64,000 nucleotides of DNA from Clostridia bacterium (GCA_048355915.1 DBGCHZ010000037.1:907-64906), one strand, 5' to 3'; counted from the stretch's first letter, positions 32,148 to 42,342 are shown. Notes: generated from the letters alone by a model not told the origin. Translations and numbers: made by a program.

Positions 32148-32176
32148 TAATAAAGTAATTATTATAGTTAAGAATG

Positions 32177-32235
32177 AACCTAGATTATTGGATTTTATTT
32201 CAATAATCAGGTTCATTTTAATTTAAAACTATTGA
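32177..32235 (+). terminator. long hairpin terminator after the adhesin pair
   Basis: AATGAACCTAGATTATTG / CAATAATCAGGTTCATT with a 1-nt bulge. Confidence 0.55.
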
Positions 32236-32260
32236 CAATGAAAATAAAAGAGAATATAAT
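32232..32260 (+). promoter_or_regulatory. promoter TTGACA-17-TATAAT for tRNA-Lys(CTT)
   Basis: consensus hexamers read directly. Confidence 0.6.
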
Positions 32261-32292
32261 ATAAAAGTATTTGATAATTTAATTGTAAATAT

Positions 32293-32368
32293 GCACCATT
32301 AGCTCAGTTGGTAGAGCAACAGACTCTTAATCTGGAGGTCCTCGGTTCGAACCCGAGATGGTGCACCA
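32293..32368 (+). tRNA. tRNA-Lys (anticodon CTT)
   Basis: manual cloverleaf: acceptor GCACCAT/ATGGTGC, anticodon loop CTCTTAA, T-loop TTCGAAC, CCA end; terminator-like hairpin plus T-run at 32376-32410. Confidence 0.85.
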
Positions 32369-32535
32369 ATAAATAGAAAAAGTACATATATGAGTTCTAC
32401 TTTTTGTAGTATATTTCATATATGTATTTTTTATTTGCTAAATTAAAGTTTATAAAAGTAACACAAAAATAGTAACAATATTAATATTGAAAATGATATT
32501 TATTTATGATAGCATATTATGAGAAAGAGGAAAAA

Positions 32536-34222
32536 ATGAAAGAAAAATTAAAAAATAGTAAATATTTATTGATAATATTAATATCATCAATAATAATTTC
32601 ATTACCACTATTAAAAAGTAATATAGATGTATATTTCGATGATGGAATACAACATATAGGAAGAGCATATGAAACATATTTAGAAATACAAAACAGAGGT
32701 AATCCAAAAGTCTTATCAAATTTAACAAATGGATTTGGATATAGTTGGGACTTATTTTATGGACCGTTATCAACAGCCTTAATATTAATCGCAAAATTAA
32801 TAACAGGAACATTTATAAATAGCTATAAATTAGTATTATTTGTAGGAATATTACTTTCTGGAATTACAATGTATAAATTTATTAGTAAATTAACAGATAG
32901 TAAAATAACAGCTACAATAGCAAGTATTTTATATATGACAATGCCATATCATCTAAATGATATGTATATTAGAAATGCGTTAGGAGAATTTTTAAGTTAC
33001 ATATTTATTCCGCTAGTATTTTTAGGCATGTACAAATTATTTAATAAAGAAAAAGGCGAATGGACTATAAGTGTAGGGGCAATACGGACTAATTATTACA
33101 CATAATTTAATGAGCATACTTACTGCAATAATGGCATTTATATATTTATGTATAAATATTAAAAAATTAAAAGATATAAAAATAATAAAAAAGCTATTTA
33201 TAAATATAATATTAATAATGATGGTTAGTGCATTTTTTTGGATTCCATTATTAGAAACATATAATTTTGCAGAATATGAAGCATATCAAGAAGATGCAAT
33301 GGCAACAAAAAAATCATTCATGGATAGTGGATTAGAAATAAAACAATTATTTACTACATCAACATATTCAGAATATGTATATGAAATAGGTCCTCATATT
33401 ATAATAATGCTAATTTTATCCATATTTGCAATTAAAAATATTATAAAGAAAAAATATAAAAAAGAATATATATTATTTTTTATATTAGGATTTTTGAGCA
33501 TATTCATGTCAACTAAATATTTTCCATGGCAAATATTTAATGAAAAAGTAGCAATAATACAATTTACATGGAGAATGTTAGTATTTAGCGATTTTTTCTT
33601 TGTCATAATTTGTGCAATAAATATAGAAAATGTAATAAAGAAAACGAAAATAGCAGATGTAATTATTATTTCAACAATTGCAATATTATATTGTATGACA
33701 TTAAATAGATTTATACCAGTAAATGACAAAGTTTTAGAAATAAATGAGTGGAATATAGGTAATGTTACAAAAAATAAAACTGAAGCAATTGTAGCAATGG
33801 GGAAAGGAGAATATTTGCCAGTAAACAGCAATAAAAATAGAAAATATATACTTGAAAGAGAAAATACAATTGAAATTTTAAAAGGTAGTGGAAATATAAA
33901 AAGTTTAGAAAAAAATGGACAGAAATTAAAAGCAAATGTAGAAATATTTAAGGATAATACTATTTTAGAATTACCATACATATATTATCCAGGATATAAA
34001 ATAGAATTAAATGAAGAAGAAATAAAAGGTTTTGAAAGTGCAAATGGATTTTTAGCAATTTCAATGAATAAAAATAATAAAGGAATTATAGAAGTAAATT
34101 ATGAAGAAACAATATTAATGAAGATATCAAAAGTAATATCAGTTATAGGAATAATAGCATTTATAGTATATATAAATATAGAAGAGATAAAAAAATTGTA
34201 TATAAAATTTAAAATATTATAA
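32536..34222 (+). pseudogene. GT-C fold membrane glycosyltransferase (YfhO-like), frameshifted
   Basis: multi-TM protein with an acidic first loop (YFDDGIQH). Frame 1 stops at 33105 and frame 2 is open from 33077. Deleting C33085 gives a continuous ...SVGAIGLIITHNLMSILTAIMAF... Confidence 0.5.
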
Positions 34223-34318
34223 AAAATCAAATATTTATTACGAATTAATCATAGAATAGTACACTAATTGACAAAAGCAAATAAAAAGGCTAAAATAAAT
34301 ATGTTAGGAGGGGATTTT

Positions 34319-35269
34319 ATGTTAAAAATATATAATACAGACATAGAAACAAATAGAATAGAAGAAATAAAAGAATTTAAAAAAGGAAGTTGGATAAGTT
34401 TAATAAACCCCTCAGAGGTAGAAATAAGAAAAGTATGTGAAAATGTAAATATTCAAGAAGACTTTATAAGAGATGCTTTAGATTACGAAGAAAAAGCCAG
34501 AATTGATGCAGAAGAAGATGATGGAACAATATTATTTGTAATAGATGTACCAATAATAGAAAAAAATGAAGAAAATGATGTATATACAACAATGCCATTA
34601 GGAATGATAGTAGTAAGAGATGACTTTTTTATAACAGTATCATTAAAGAAAAATAAAGTAATAGAAGATTTTGAAAAAAGAAAAATTAAAAATTTTCAAA
34701 CTTATAAAAAAACAAGATTCATATTCCAAATATTTTATTTAAACTCATCATATTTTTTAAATTACCTAAAACAAATAAATAAGGAAACAGAAATAGCAGA
34801 ATATATATTAAAAAATTCTATGAAAAACAAAGAATTATTAAAATTATTGAGTTTAGAAAAAGGTTTAGTATATTTTACAACATCACTAAAATCAAATGAA
34901 ATTGTCATGGAAAAGACAATGAGAGGAAAAATAATAAAATTATATGATGATGATGAAGATATATTAGAAGATGCTATCATAGAAAACCGACAAGCAATAG
35001 AAATGTCGCAAATATATAGCAATATTTTAAATGGAACAATGGACGCATATGCTTCAATTATTTCAAATAACTTAAATGGAGTAATGAAATTTTTAACATC
35101 AATAACAATAGTATTAGCAATACCAACAATGATATCAAGCTTTTGGGGAATGAATGTAAACTTACCATTTCAAAATAGTCCAATAGGATTTCCAATTATG
35201 ATAGTAATTGCAATAATAACAACATTGGCAGTAACTTGGTGGTTAAAAAGAAGAGATATGCTTAATTAG
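34319..35269 (+). CDS. corA: CorA-family magnesium transporter
   Basis: C-terminal two TM helices with the GMN motif (FWGMNVNLPF); ATG at 34319 after GGAGGGG. Confidence 0.85.
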   Translation: MLKIYNTDIETNRIEEIKEFKKGSWISLINPSEVEIRKVCENVNIQEDFIRDALDYEEKARIDAEEDDGTILFVIDVPIIEKNEENDVYTTMPLGMIVVRDDFFITVSLKKNKVIEDFEKRKIKNFQTYKKTRFIFQIFYLNSSYFLNYLKQINKETEIAEYILKNSMKNKELLKLLSLEKGLVYFTTSLKSNEIVMEKTMRGKIIKLYDDDEDILEDAIIENRQAIEMSQIYSNILNGTMDAYASIISNNLNGVMKFLTSITIVLAIPTMISSFWGMNVNLPFQNSPIGFPIMIVIAIITTLAVTWWLKRRDMLN

Positions 35270-35289
35270 AATTTAATAAAGAAAATAAG

Positions 35290-35531
35290 AAAAAGGACTG
35301 TCCTAAAATATATAAAATATTTCTGGTAATAGTCCTTTTTAATTATATTCCATAGATAAGAACTTGTAAGCTCTACAAATGAACCTTTTTCTATCGCTGA
35401 AAATTTATTTTTATAAATTTTCACGGGAACATTATTCATTTGAAGAGCTTAACAATTTCTAATCTATTCCATATAATATAAAAAGGACTATTACCAGAAA
35501 TATTTTATATATTTTAGGACAGTCCTTTTTG
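35290..35531. repeat. composite palindromic element, copy A: 43-bp perfectly complementary arms (35294-35336 / 35484-35526) around a ~147-bp core
   Basis: left arm AGGACTGTCCTAAAATATATAAAATATTTCTGGTAATAGTCCT is the exact reverse complement of the right arm; the core is shared with copy B. Confidence 0.85.
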
Positions 35532-35537
35532 AAAAAA

Positions 35538-36839
35538 CTAATAATAAAGTATTTCAGGAATTCGATTTAATTCAGAAGTTAGAAAATTAAACATATTATC
35601 ACCGATAGAAGTATCAATTCCCTGCTTATACAAAGAAACAGTTTTATTAATATCTAATAATTTCATCTTTTTATCGCTTAAAGCATTATTTTCATACATA
35701 TAAATAGGAACATAATTAACTTTATCAATGCTAATATTGCCATTAGTATGTTTTGTAATAGTTAAAGTCAAAATTATTGATGTTCTTGTATCTTTTAAAT
35801 TTTGGTCACTTATGAAATTACCTAAAGAATAAATTATAAAACCATCTTTTGAAGAACCATCTTCCAATGTTATAGTTTTTTTCTCTATTTTTTGTAATAC
35901 ATGAGGATGAGAGCCTAAAATTATATCAACACCATTTTTAAATAAGAAATCAGAAAGTTCAGTTTGAGTAGTATTGACATTAGCAGTATATTCATCACCC
36001 CAATTCATATAAGCAATTATAATATCAGCATTTTGAGATTTTGCTTTATCAATTTGTTTTTTTATTAAATCTTTATTAGAGGTATTAATACAAAATTCTT
36101 TATCAGAAGGAATAGCTAAATTTGTTGTATTACAAGTATAATTAACAAAAGCTAATTTAATGCCTTTAACATATTTTATTAAAACATTATCTTGTTCTTC
36201 CTGAGTTTTATTAGTACCAACATGAGAGATATCAGCTTTATCAAGTACATCTAAAGTTCTAGATAAACCATCAAATCCATAATCTAAAGAATGGCTGTTG
36301 GCAGTAGCTATAACATCTAATCCTAATTTTTTCAAATTATAAGCCAAATTATCAGGAGTATTAAAACGAGGATAATTACTATAACCTTTACTCTCACCAG
36401 CAAAAGAAGTTTCTAAATTAGCAATAGATATATTAGAATTTTGAATATAATAACTAATATCATCAAAAACATAAGAAAAATTATAAGAATCGGTAGAAGA
36501 ATTATAAGCATCTAAATACTGTGTATTATGGCACATAATATCTCCTAAAGCTGTTAAAGTAAATGTAGTATCAGAAAGTTCTTTATTAGAATTGGTATCA
36601 GAAGATGTGTTTTCATAATTATTTGAAATAGAGTTATTAATTTCTTGATTTGCCATATCTACTATTTTTTTATAATTTATCCAATTTTTTGTTATATTAA
36701 AAATAACTACAACTAAAAAAACAACAGATAAGATAATTACTAATTTAACTAAACCCGTTGTCAATTTTTTTGTATCATCAGTATTTATAAAGTTCCTTCT
36801 ATTTCTATTAGACCTATTATTTCTTCTCAAATAAATCAC
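35538..36839 (-). CDS. capA: CapA/PgsA-family metallophosphatase-like poly-gamma-glutamate biosynthesis protein
   Basis: N-terminal TM helix; CapA-type motifs (LTALGDIMCH, GSHPH, GNFISDQ). Confidence 0.7.
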   Translation of the reverse strand: MIYLRRNNRSNRNRRNFINTDDTKKLTTGLVKLVIILSVVFLVVVIFNITKNWINYKKIVDMANQEINNSISNNYENTSSDTNSNKELSDTTFTLTALGDIMCHNTQYLDAYNSSTDSYNFSYVFDDISYYIQNSNISIANLETSFAGESKGYSNYPRFNTPDNLAYNLKKLGLDVIATANSHSLDYGFDGLSRTLDVLDKADISHVGTNKTQEEQDNVLIKYVKGIKLAFVNYTCNTTNLAIPSDKEFCINTSNKDLIKKQIDKAKSQNADIIIAYMNWGDEYTANVNTTQTELSDFLFKNGVDIILGSHPHVLQKIEKKTITLEDGSSKDGFIIYSLGNFISDQNLKDTRTSIILTLTITKHTNGNISIDKVNYVPIYMYENNALSDKKMKLLDINKTVSLYKQGIDTSIGDNMFNFLTSELNRIPEILYY

Positions 36840-36943
36840 CCCATTAATTTAATATAAAGTATCATAAAAAATAAAAAAATTCAACCAAATGAATAATTTT
36901 TCAAAAAAATAGAATAATAATAAAAAATAAAAGGAGGAAAAAT

Positions 36944-37132
36944 ATGAAAATAATAGATAAAATAGCATTAGTTCTAATAATTATAGGAGCCATAAATTGG
37001 GGATTAATAGGATTATTTAACTTTAATCTTGTAGCAACAATATTTGGAGATATGACTATAATTTCAAGAATAATTTATGGATTAGTCGGATTATCAGGAC
37101 TATGGGGAATTAAATTATTATTTGAAGATTAG
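36944..37132 (+). CDS. DUF378 family small membrane protein
   Basis: GAINWGLIGLF...GLVGLSGLW signature; RBS AAGGAGGA. Confidence 0.7.
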   Translation: MKIIDKIALVLIIIGAINWGLIGLFNFNLVATIFGDMTIISRIIYGLVGLSGLWGIKLLFED

Positions 37133-37379
37133 TAAAATAGTATAGATTATATAAAATATATAATGTATTAAAATAAAAAATTACCTTATTACATTAAAGT
37201 CTAATTAGATTAGAGTAAAGTGTAAGAAAGGTATTTTTTATTGAGACATTTTCTAAAATGAATTATTAAGACAATATCACAAATGAATTAGAATATGCTA
37301 TACCAAAATAATGTTATACTTGAAAAAAAAGCCTAAATAGTATATAATTACTAACGATAACAATATAGGAGGAGATAAA

Positions 37380-38963
37380 ATGCTAAGTGCAAACGGAGTA
37401 ACCGTAAGATTTGGAAAAAGAGTATTATTTGAAGATGTAAATATAAAATTCGGAAAAGGAAATTGTTATGGAATAATAGGAGCAAATGGAGCAGGAAAAT
37501 CAACATTTTTAAAAGTATTATCAGGTGAACTAGAACCAAGCAAAGGAGATGTAAGTTTAGAAAAAGGAGAAAGACTATCAATACTAAAACAAGACCACTT
37601 TGCTTTTGAAGAATACACCGTAATGGACACAGTATTAATGGGAAATAAAGAGTTATATGACATAATGAAAGCAAAAGATGAAATATATGCAAAACCAGAC
37701 TTTTCAGAAGAAGATGGAATGAAAGCAGCAAAACTAGAAGAAAGATTTGCAGAACTTGATGGATGGAATGCAGAATCAGATGCTGCGATGTTATTAAATG
37801 ATTTAGGAATAGTACCAGAAAATCACTATAAATATATGAAAGAAATAGAAGCAAGAGAAAAGGTAAAAGTATTACTAGCACAAAGTTTATTTGGAAATCC
37901 AGATGTTTTACTATTAGATGAGCCTACAAACGACTTAGATATGAAAAGCATAAACTGGTTACAAGAATTTTTAATAGACTTTGAAAACACAGTAATAGTA
38001 GTATCACATGACAGATATTTCTTAAACAAAGTTTGTACACATATAGCAGATGTAGACTTTGGAAAAATAAAAGTATATCCAGGAAACTATGATTTTTGGT
38101 ATGAATCAAGTCAATTAGCATTAAAACAAGCAAGAGAACAAAACAAAAAGAAAGAAGAAAAAATAAAAGAACTACAAGACTTTATTGCAAGATTTAGTGC
38201 CAACGCTTCAAAATCAAAACAAGCAACATCTAGAAAGAAAACACTAGAAAAAATTGAATTAGAAGAAATAAAACCATCAAATAGAAAATATCCATATGTA
38301 GACTTTAAACCAGACAGAGAACCAGGAAGAGAAATATTGCAAGTTAAAAATATTAGTAAAACAGTAGAAGGAGTAAAAGTTTTAGATAATGTATCTTTTA
38401 CAGTAAAAGAAGGAAACAAAATAGCATTTCTAGCAGATAATGAATTAGCAAAAACAGTATTATTCCAAATAATAGAGGGAGAATTAGAACCAGACGAAGG
38501 AGAACTAATCTGGGGAACAACAATAACAAAATCATATTTTCCGAAAGATAATAACTATTTATTTGAAACAGATGAAAACATAACAGAATGGTTAAGAAAA
38601 TACTCAAAAGATCCAGACGAAACATATGTAAGAAGTTTCTTAGGAAGAATGTTATTCTCAGGAGATGAAGCACTAAAACAAGTAAAAGTATTATCAGGAG
38701 GAGAAAAAGTAAGATGTGTACTATCAAAAATGATGTTATCAGGAGCAAATTTCTTAATATTTGATGAACCAACAAACCACTTAGACATGGAAAGTATAAC
38801 ATCTGTAAACGAAGGAATGAAGAAATTTATAGGAAACATCTTATTCACATCACATGACCACGAATTAACACAAACAGTAGCAAACAGAATAATAGAAATA
38901 AAAGAAGACGGAAAAATAATAGACAAAGAATGTACATATAATGAATATTTAGGAATTGAATAA
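37380..38963 (+). CDS. ABC-F family ATPase (EttA/YkpA-like, two NBDs with about an 80-aa linker)
   Basis: two Walker A sites (GANGAGKST, second-NBD equivalent), two LSGGE signatures, no TM domain. Confidence 0.85.
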   Translation: MLSANGVTVRFGKRVLFEDVNIKFGKGNCYGIIGANGAGKSTFLKVLSGELEPSKGDVSLEKGERLSILKQDHFAFEEYTVMDTVLMGNKELYDIMKAKDEIYAKPDFSEEDGMKAAKLEERFAELDGWNAESDAAMLLNDLGIVPENHYKYMKEIEAREKVKVLLAQSLFGNPDVLLLDEPTNDLDMKSINWLQEFLIDFENTVIVVSHDRYFLNKVCTHIADVDFGKIKVYPGNYDFWYESSQLALKQAREQNKKKEEKIKELQDFIARFSANASKSKQATSRKKTLEKIELEEIKPSNRKYPYVDFKPDREPGREILQVKNISKTVEGVKVLDNVSFTVKEGNKIAFLADNELAKTVLFQIIEGELEPDEGELIWGTTITKSYFPKDNNYLFETDENITEWLRKYSKDPDETYVRSFLGRMLFSGDEALKQVKVLSGGEKVRCVLSKMMLSGANFLIFDEPTNHLDMESITSVNEGMKKFIGNILFTSHDHELTQTVANRIIEIKEDGKIIDKECTYNEYLGIE

Positions 38964-38977
38964 TTTAGTGATTTTGG

Positions 38978-39890
38978 TGATTTTGGGGTCGGAGACAAAA
39001 ATCATTTATATTAAAGACAAACTTTAAATAAAAATTAAATTTAAACATAAAAATCACAATAAAAATACAAAAAGGACATAAAAAAATGATAAAAAGAGGA
39101 AAAAAGAAAGGTAGTGAACGTCATTTCAAGACAAGTACGAGAAAATCTAGAATCCTCTTTTTTTCATGTAATGGTACAAGGAATAGGAAAAGAATATATT
39201 TTTTTAAAAGAACAATACATAAAAATGTATTTAAGACTATTAAATGAAAAGAGAAAAGAATTAAGAATAAAAATAATTGCATATTGCATAATGAACAACC
39301 ATGCACATCTGTTAATTAAAGTTCAAAATATAAAAGAACTATCAAAATTTATGCAAAAAGTTAATAGATGTTATGCACAATACTACAATTTTATGGAAAA
39401 TAGGGTAGGATATGTTTTTAGAGATAGATATAAATGTCAAATAATTAAAAATCAAAAACATTTAATTCAATGTATAAAATACATACATCAAAATCCCGTA
39501 AAAGCTGGAATGGTAAAAAAGGGACAAGAATATAAATTTTCATCATATAATTTTTATCAAAGAAATGTAAATAAATTAAATAAAGTTTTTTCAAATGAAG
39601 AATTAACATATATATTAAAATCAAACAATCCATATGGGAATTTTATAGATGTCGATAATAATTCAGAAGAAATAATAAATAATTTAATAGAAGAATTTTT
39701 AATAAAAGAAAATGTAAAAATATTTGAAATTTTTGAAAAAGATGATATACTAAAAAAGCTAATAAGATATTTAAAATTTGAAAACGGAATAAAATATACA
39801 GAAATAATGAAAAAATTAGATATCACAAAAGGTAAAATGGAAAGATTGAAAATCAAATAAAGATGATTTTTGTCTCCGACCCCAAAATCA
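38978..39890. mobile_element. RAYT / IS200-IS605-like Y1 transposase element bounded by perfect 28-bp inverted repeats
   Basis: TGATTTTGGGGTCGGAGACAAAAATCAT at 38978-39005 and its exact reverse complement at 39863-39890; tandem GTGATTTTG duplication at the left edge. Confidence 0.7.
39114..39860 (+). CDS. Y1/HUH tyrosine transposase (Transposase_17 / REP-associated tyrosine transposase-like)
   Basis: FHVMVQGIGKEYIF, HuH motif CIMNNHAHLLI, GYVFRDRYK, YIHQNPVKAGMV; GTG start. Confidence 0.75.
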   Translation: MNVISRQVRENLESSFFHVMVQGIGKEYIFLKEQYIKMYLRLLNEKRKELRIKIIAYCIMNNHAHLLIKVQNIKELSKFMQKVNRCYAQYYNFMENRVGYVFRDRYKCQIIKNQKHLIQCIKYIHQNPVKAGMVKKGQEYKFSSYNFYQRNVNKLNKVFSNEELTYILKSNNPYGNFIDVDNNSEEIINNLIEEFLIKENVKIFEIFEKDDILKKLIRYLKFENGIKYTEIMKKLDITKGKMERLKIK

Positions 39891-39910
39891 TGGAAAAGAG
39901 AGGATAAAAA

Positions 39911-42094
39911 ATGGATAAGATAATATCAACAATAGCACAAGAATTAGGTGTTAAAAATTCACAAGTTGAAAATACAATTAAATTAATTGATGAGGGAAAC
40001 ACTATTCCCTTTATAGCGAGATATAGAAAAGAGGTAACAGGAGGATTAAGTGACGAAGTATTAAGAAACTTAGGTGAAAGATTAAGTTATCTAAGAAACT
40101 TAGAACAAAGGAAAGAAGATGTTATTCATTCTATTGATGAACAAGGAAAGTTGACAGATGAAATATTACAAGCTGTTGCAATTAGTAAAACTTTAGCAGA
40201 AGTAGAAGATATATATAGACCATATAAACAAAAAAAGAAAACAAGAGCAACGGTTGCAAAAGCAAAAGGCTTAGAACCTTTGGCAGAAATAATACTTATG
40301 CAAGAAGAAAAAACACCAATTGAAGAAATTGCAAAACAATATGTAAATATAGATAACTTATCAGAAGAAGATAAAAAGAATAAGGACAAAGCTGTTGCAA
40401 CAGTAGAAGACGCAATTCAGGGTGCATTAGATATAATTGCAGAAAATATATCAGATAATGCAAAATATAGAAAAGAAATAAAAAGACTTTTATTTAGAGA
40501 AGGTCTAATAATTACAAAAGCAAGTAATGAAGATGAAAAATCAAATTATGAGATGTATTATGATTATAGTGAGCCTTTAAAATATATACCAAGTCACAGA
40601 ATATTAGCAATAAATAGAGGAGAAAAAGAAACCTTTATAAAAGTAAAAATAGAAAAGCCAGAAGAAAAAATTCTTCAATATATAGAAAGAGACATTTTAA
40701 AAGGAGAAACACAATTTACAAGTATATTAAAAGATACAATATTAGATGCATTTAAAAGACTAATAGAGCCATCAATAGATAGAGAAATTCGTTCAGATTT
40801 AACTGAAAAAGCAGAAGATAAAGCTATAAAAGTATTTGGACAAAATTCTAAACAACTATTATTAGGAGCTCCAATAAAAGGTAAAACAGTAATGGGATTT
40901 GACCCAGCATATAGAACAGGGTGTAAAATTGCAGTAATAGATGAAACAGGAAAATTATTAGACTATACAACAGTATATCCAACAGAACCACAAAATGATG
41001 TTGAAAATGCAAAAAAAGAACTATTAAAATTAATAGAAAAAGATAAAATAGATATGATAGCAATAGGAAATGGAACTGCATCAAGAGAATCAGAAATGTT
41101 TGTTGCAGAAATGATAAAAGAAGCATCAAGACCAGTTCATTATGTAATTGTAAGTGAAGCAGGAGCATCAGTATATTCGGCATCAAAACTTGCAACAGAA
41201 GAATATCCAGATATAAATGTATCAATTAGAGGAGCAATATCAATAGCAAGAAGATTGCAAGACCCATTAGCAGAACTAGTAAAGATTGACCCAAAAGCAA
41301 TAGGAGTAGGGCAATATCAACATGATGTAAATCAAAAGAAACTAGCAGAAAGTTTGACAGGAGTTGTAGAAGATAGTGTTAATAAAGTTGGGGTTGATGT
41401 AAATACTGCAACACCATCACTACTTTCATATGTATCAGGAATAAACAATACAATAGCTAAAAATATAGTAAAATATAGAGATGAAAATGGAAAACTAAAA
41501 AATAGAAAGCAATTACTAAAAGTGCCTAAGCTAGGAAAAGTAGCTTTTGAACAATGTGCAGGATTTTTACGTATATTAGATGGAGATAATCCATTAGAAA
41601 TAACAGCAGTACACCCAGAAAGTTATGAAGCAACAGAAAATTTATTAGAAAGTATAGGATTTAATAAAGAAGATATACGCGACAAAGAAAAATTAGGACA
41701 GATAATAAAAAAACTAAGCACAATTGATGTTATTGAAATGTCAAAAGAATTAGGAATAGGGGAGATGACACTTACAGATATTATAAGTGAATTATCAAAA
41801 CCAGGAAGAGACCCAAGAGAAGATATGCCAAAACCAATTTTAAGAAGTGATGTTTTAAAATTAGAAGATTTAAAAGAAGGAATGATATTAACAGGAACAG
41901 TAAGAAATGTAATAGATTTTGGTGCATTTGTTGATATAGGAGTAAAACACGATGGACTTGTACATATATCAGAAATGAGTGATAAATTTATAAAAAATCC
42001 ATCAGAGGTGGTTTCAGTTGGAGATATTGTAAAAGTAAAAGTAATAAAAATTGATAAGGAAAGACAAAAAGTTGGATTATCAATGAAATGTTAA
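39911..42094 (+). CDS. tex: transcription accessory protein Tex
   Basis: HTH, YqgF, HhH and C-terminal S1 domains (GTVRNVIDFGAFVDIG). Confidence 0.9.
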   Translation: MDKIISTIAQELGVKNSQVENTIKLIDEGNTIPFIARYRKEVTGGLSDEVLRNLGERLSYLRNLEQRKEDVIHSIDEQGKLTDEILQAVAISKTLAEVEDIYRPYKQKKKTRATVAKAKGLEPLAEIILMQEEKTPIEEIAKQYVNIDNLSEEDKKNKDKAVATVEDAIQGALDIIAENISDNAKYRKEIKRLLFREGLIITKASNEDEKSNYEMYYDYSEPLKYIPSHRILAINRGEKETFIKVKIEKPEEKILQYIERDILKGETQFTSILKDTILDAFKRLIEPSIDREIRSDLTEKAEDKAIKVFGQNSKQLLLGAPIKGKTVMGFDPAYRTGCKIAVIDETGKLLDYTTVYPTEPQNDVENAKKELLKLIEKDKIDMIAIGNGTASRESEMFVAEMIKEASRPVHYVIVSEAGASVYSASKLATEEYPDINVSIRGAISIARRLQDPLAELVKIDPKAIGVGQYQHDVNQKKLAESLTGVVEDSVNKVGVDVNTATPSLLSYVSGINNTIAKNIVKYRDENGKLKNRKQLLKVPKLGKVAFEQCAGFLRILDGDNPLEITAVHPESYEATENLLESIGFNKEDIRDKEKLGQIIKKLSTIDVIEMSKELGIGEMTLTDIISELSKPGRDPREDMPKPILRSDVLKLEDLKEGMILTGTVRNVIDFGAFVDIGVKHDGLVHISEMSDKFIKNPSEVVSVGDIVKVKVIKIDKERQKVGLSMKC

Positions 42095-42099
42095 AATAG

Positions 42100-42338
42100 T
42101 TTAGGACTATCCTAGAATATAGAAATATTTTGGGGTCTAGTCCTTTTTAATTATATTCCATAGATAAGAACTTGTAAGCTCTACAAATGAACCTTTTTCG
42201 ATTGTCAAAATTTTATAGAAATAAAATTTTGCAAGAACATTATTCATTTGAAGAGCTTAACAATTTCTAATCTATTCCATATAATATAAAAAGGACTAGA
42301 CCCCAAAATATTTCTATATTCTAGGATAGTCCTTTTAT
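42100..42338. repeat. composite palindromic element, copy B: 42-bp perfectly complementary arms (42103-42144 / 42292-42333) with the same core as copy A
   Basis: arms differ from copy A at several positions but remain exact reverse complements of each other; arms contain TTTTGGGGTC. Confidence 0.85.
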
Positions 42339-42342
42339 AAAA

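Noticed and set aside
32506-34222. Treating 32506-33105 and 33110-34222 as two separate membrane-protein genes
   Set aside because: The second frame is open from 33077 and overlaps the end of the first. Deleting one base (C33085) yields a single continuous multi-TM protein, so a frameshifted single gene is more parsimonious. This mirrors the identical lesion type in two other genes.
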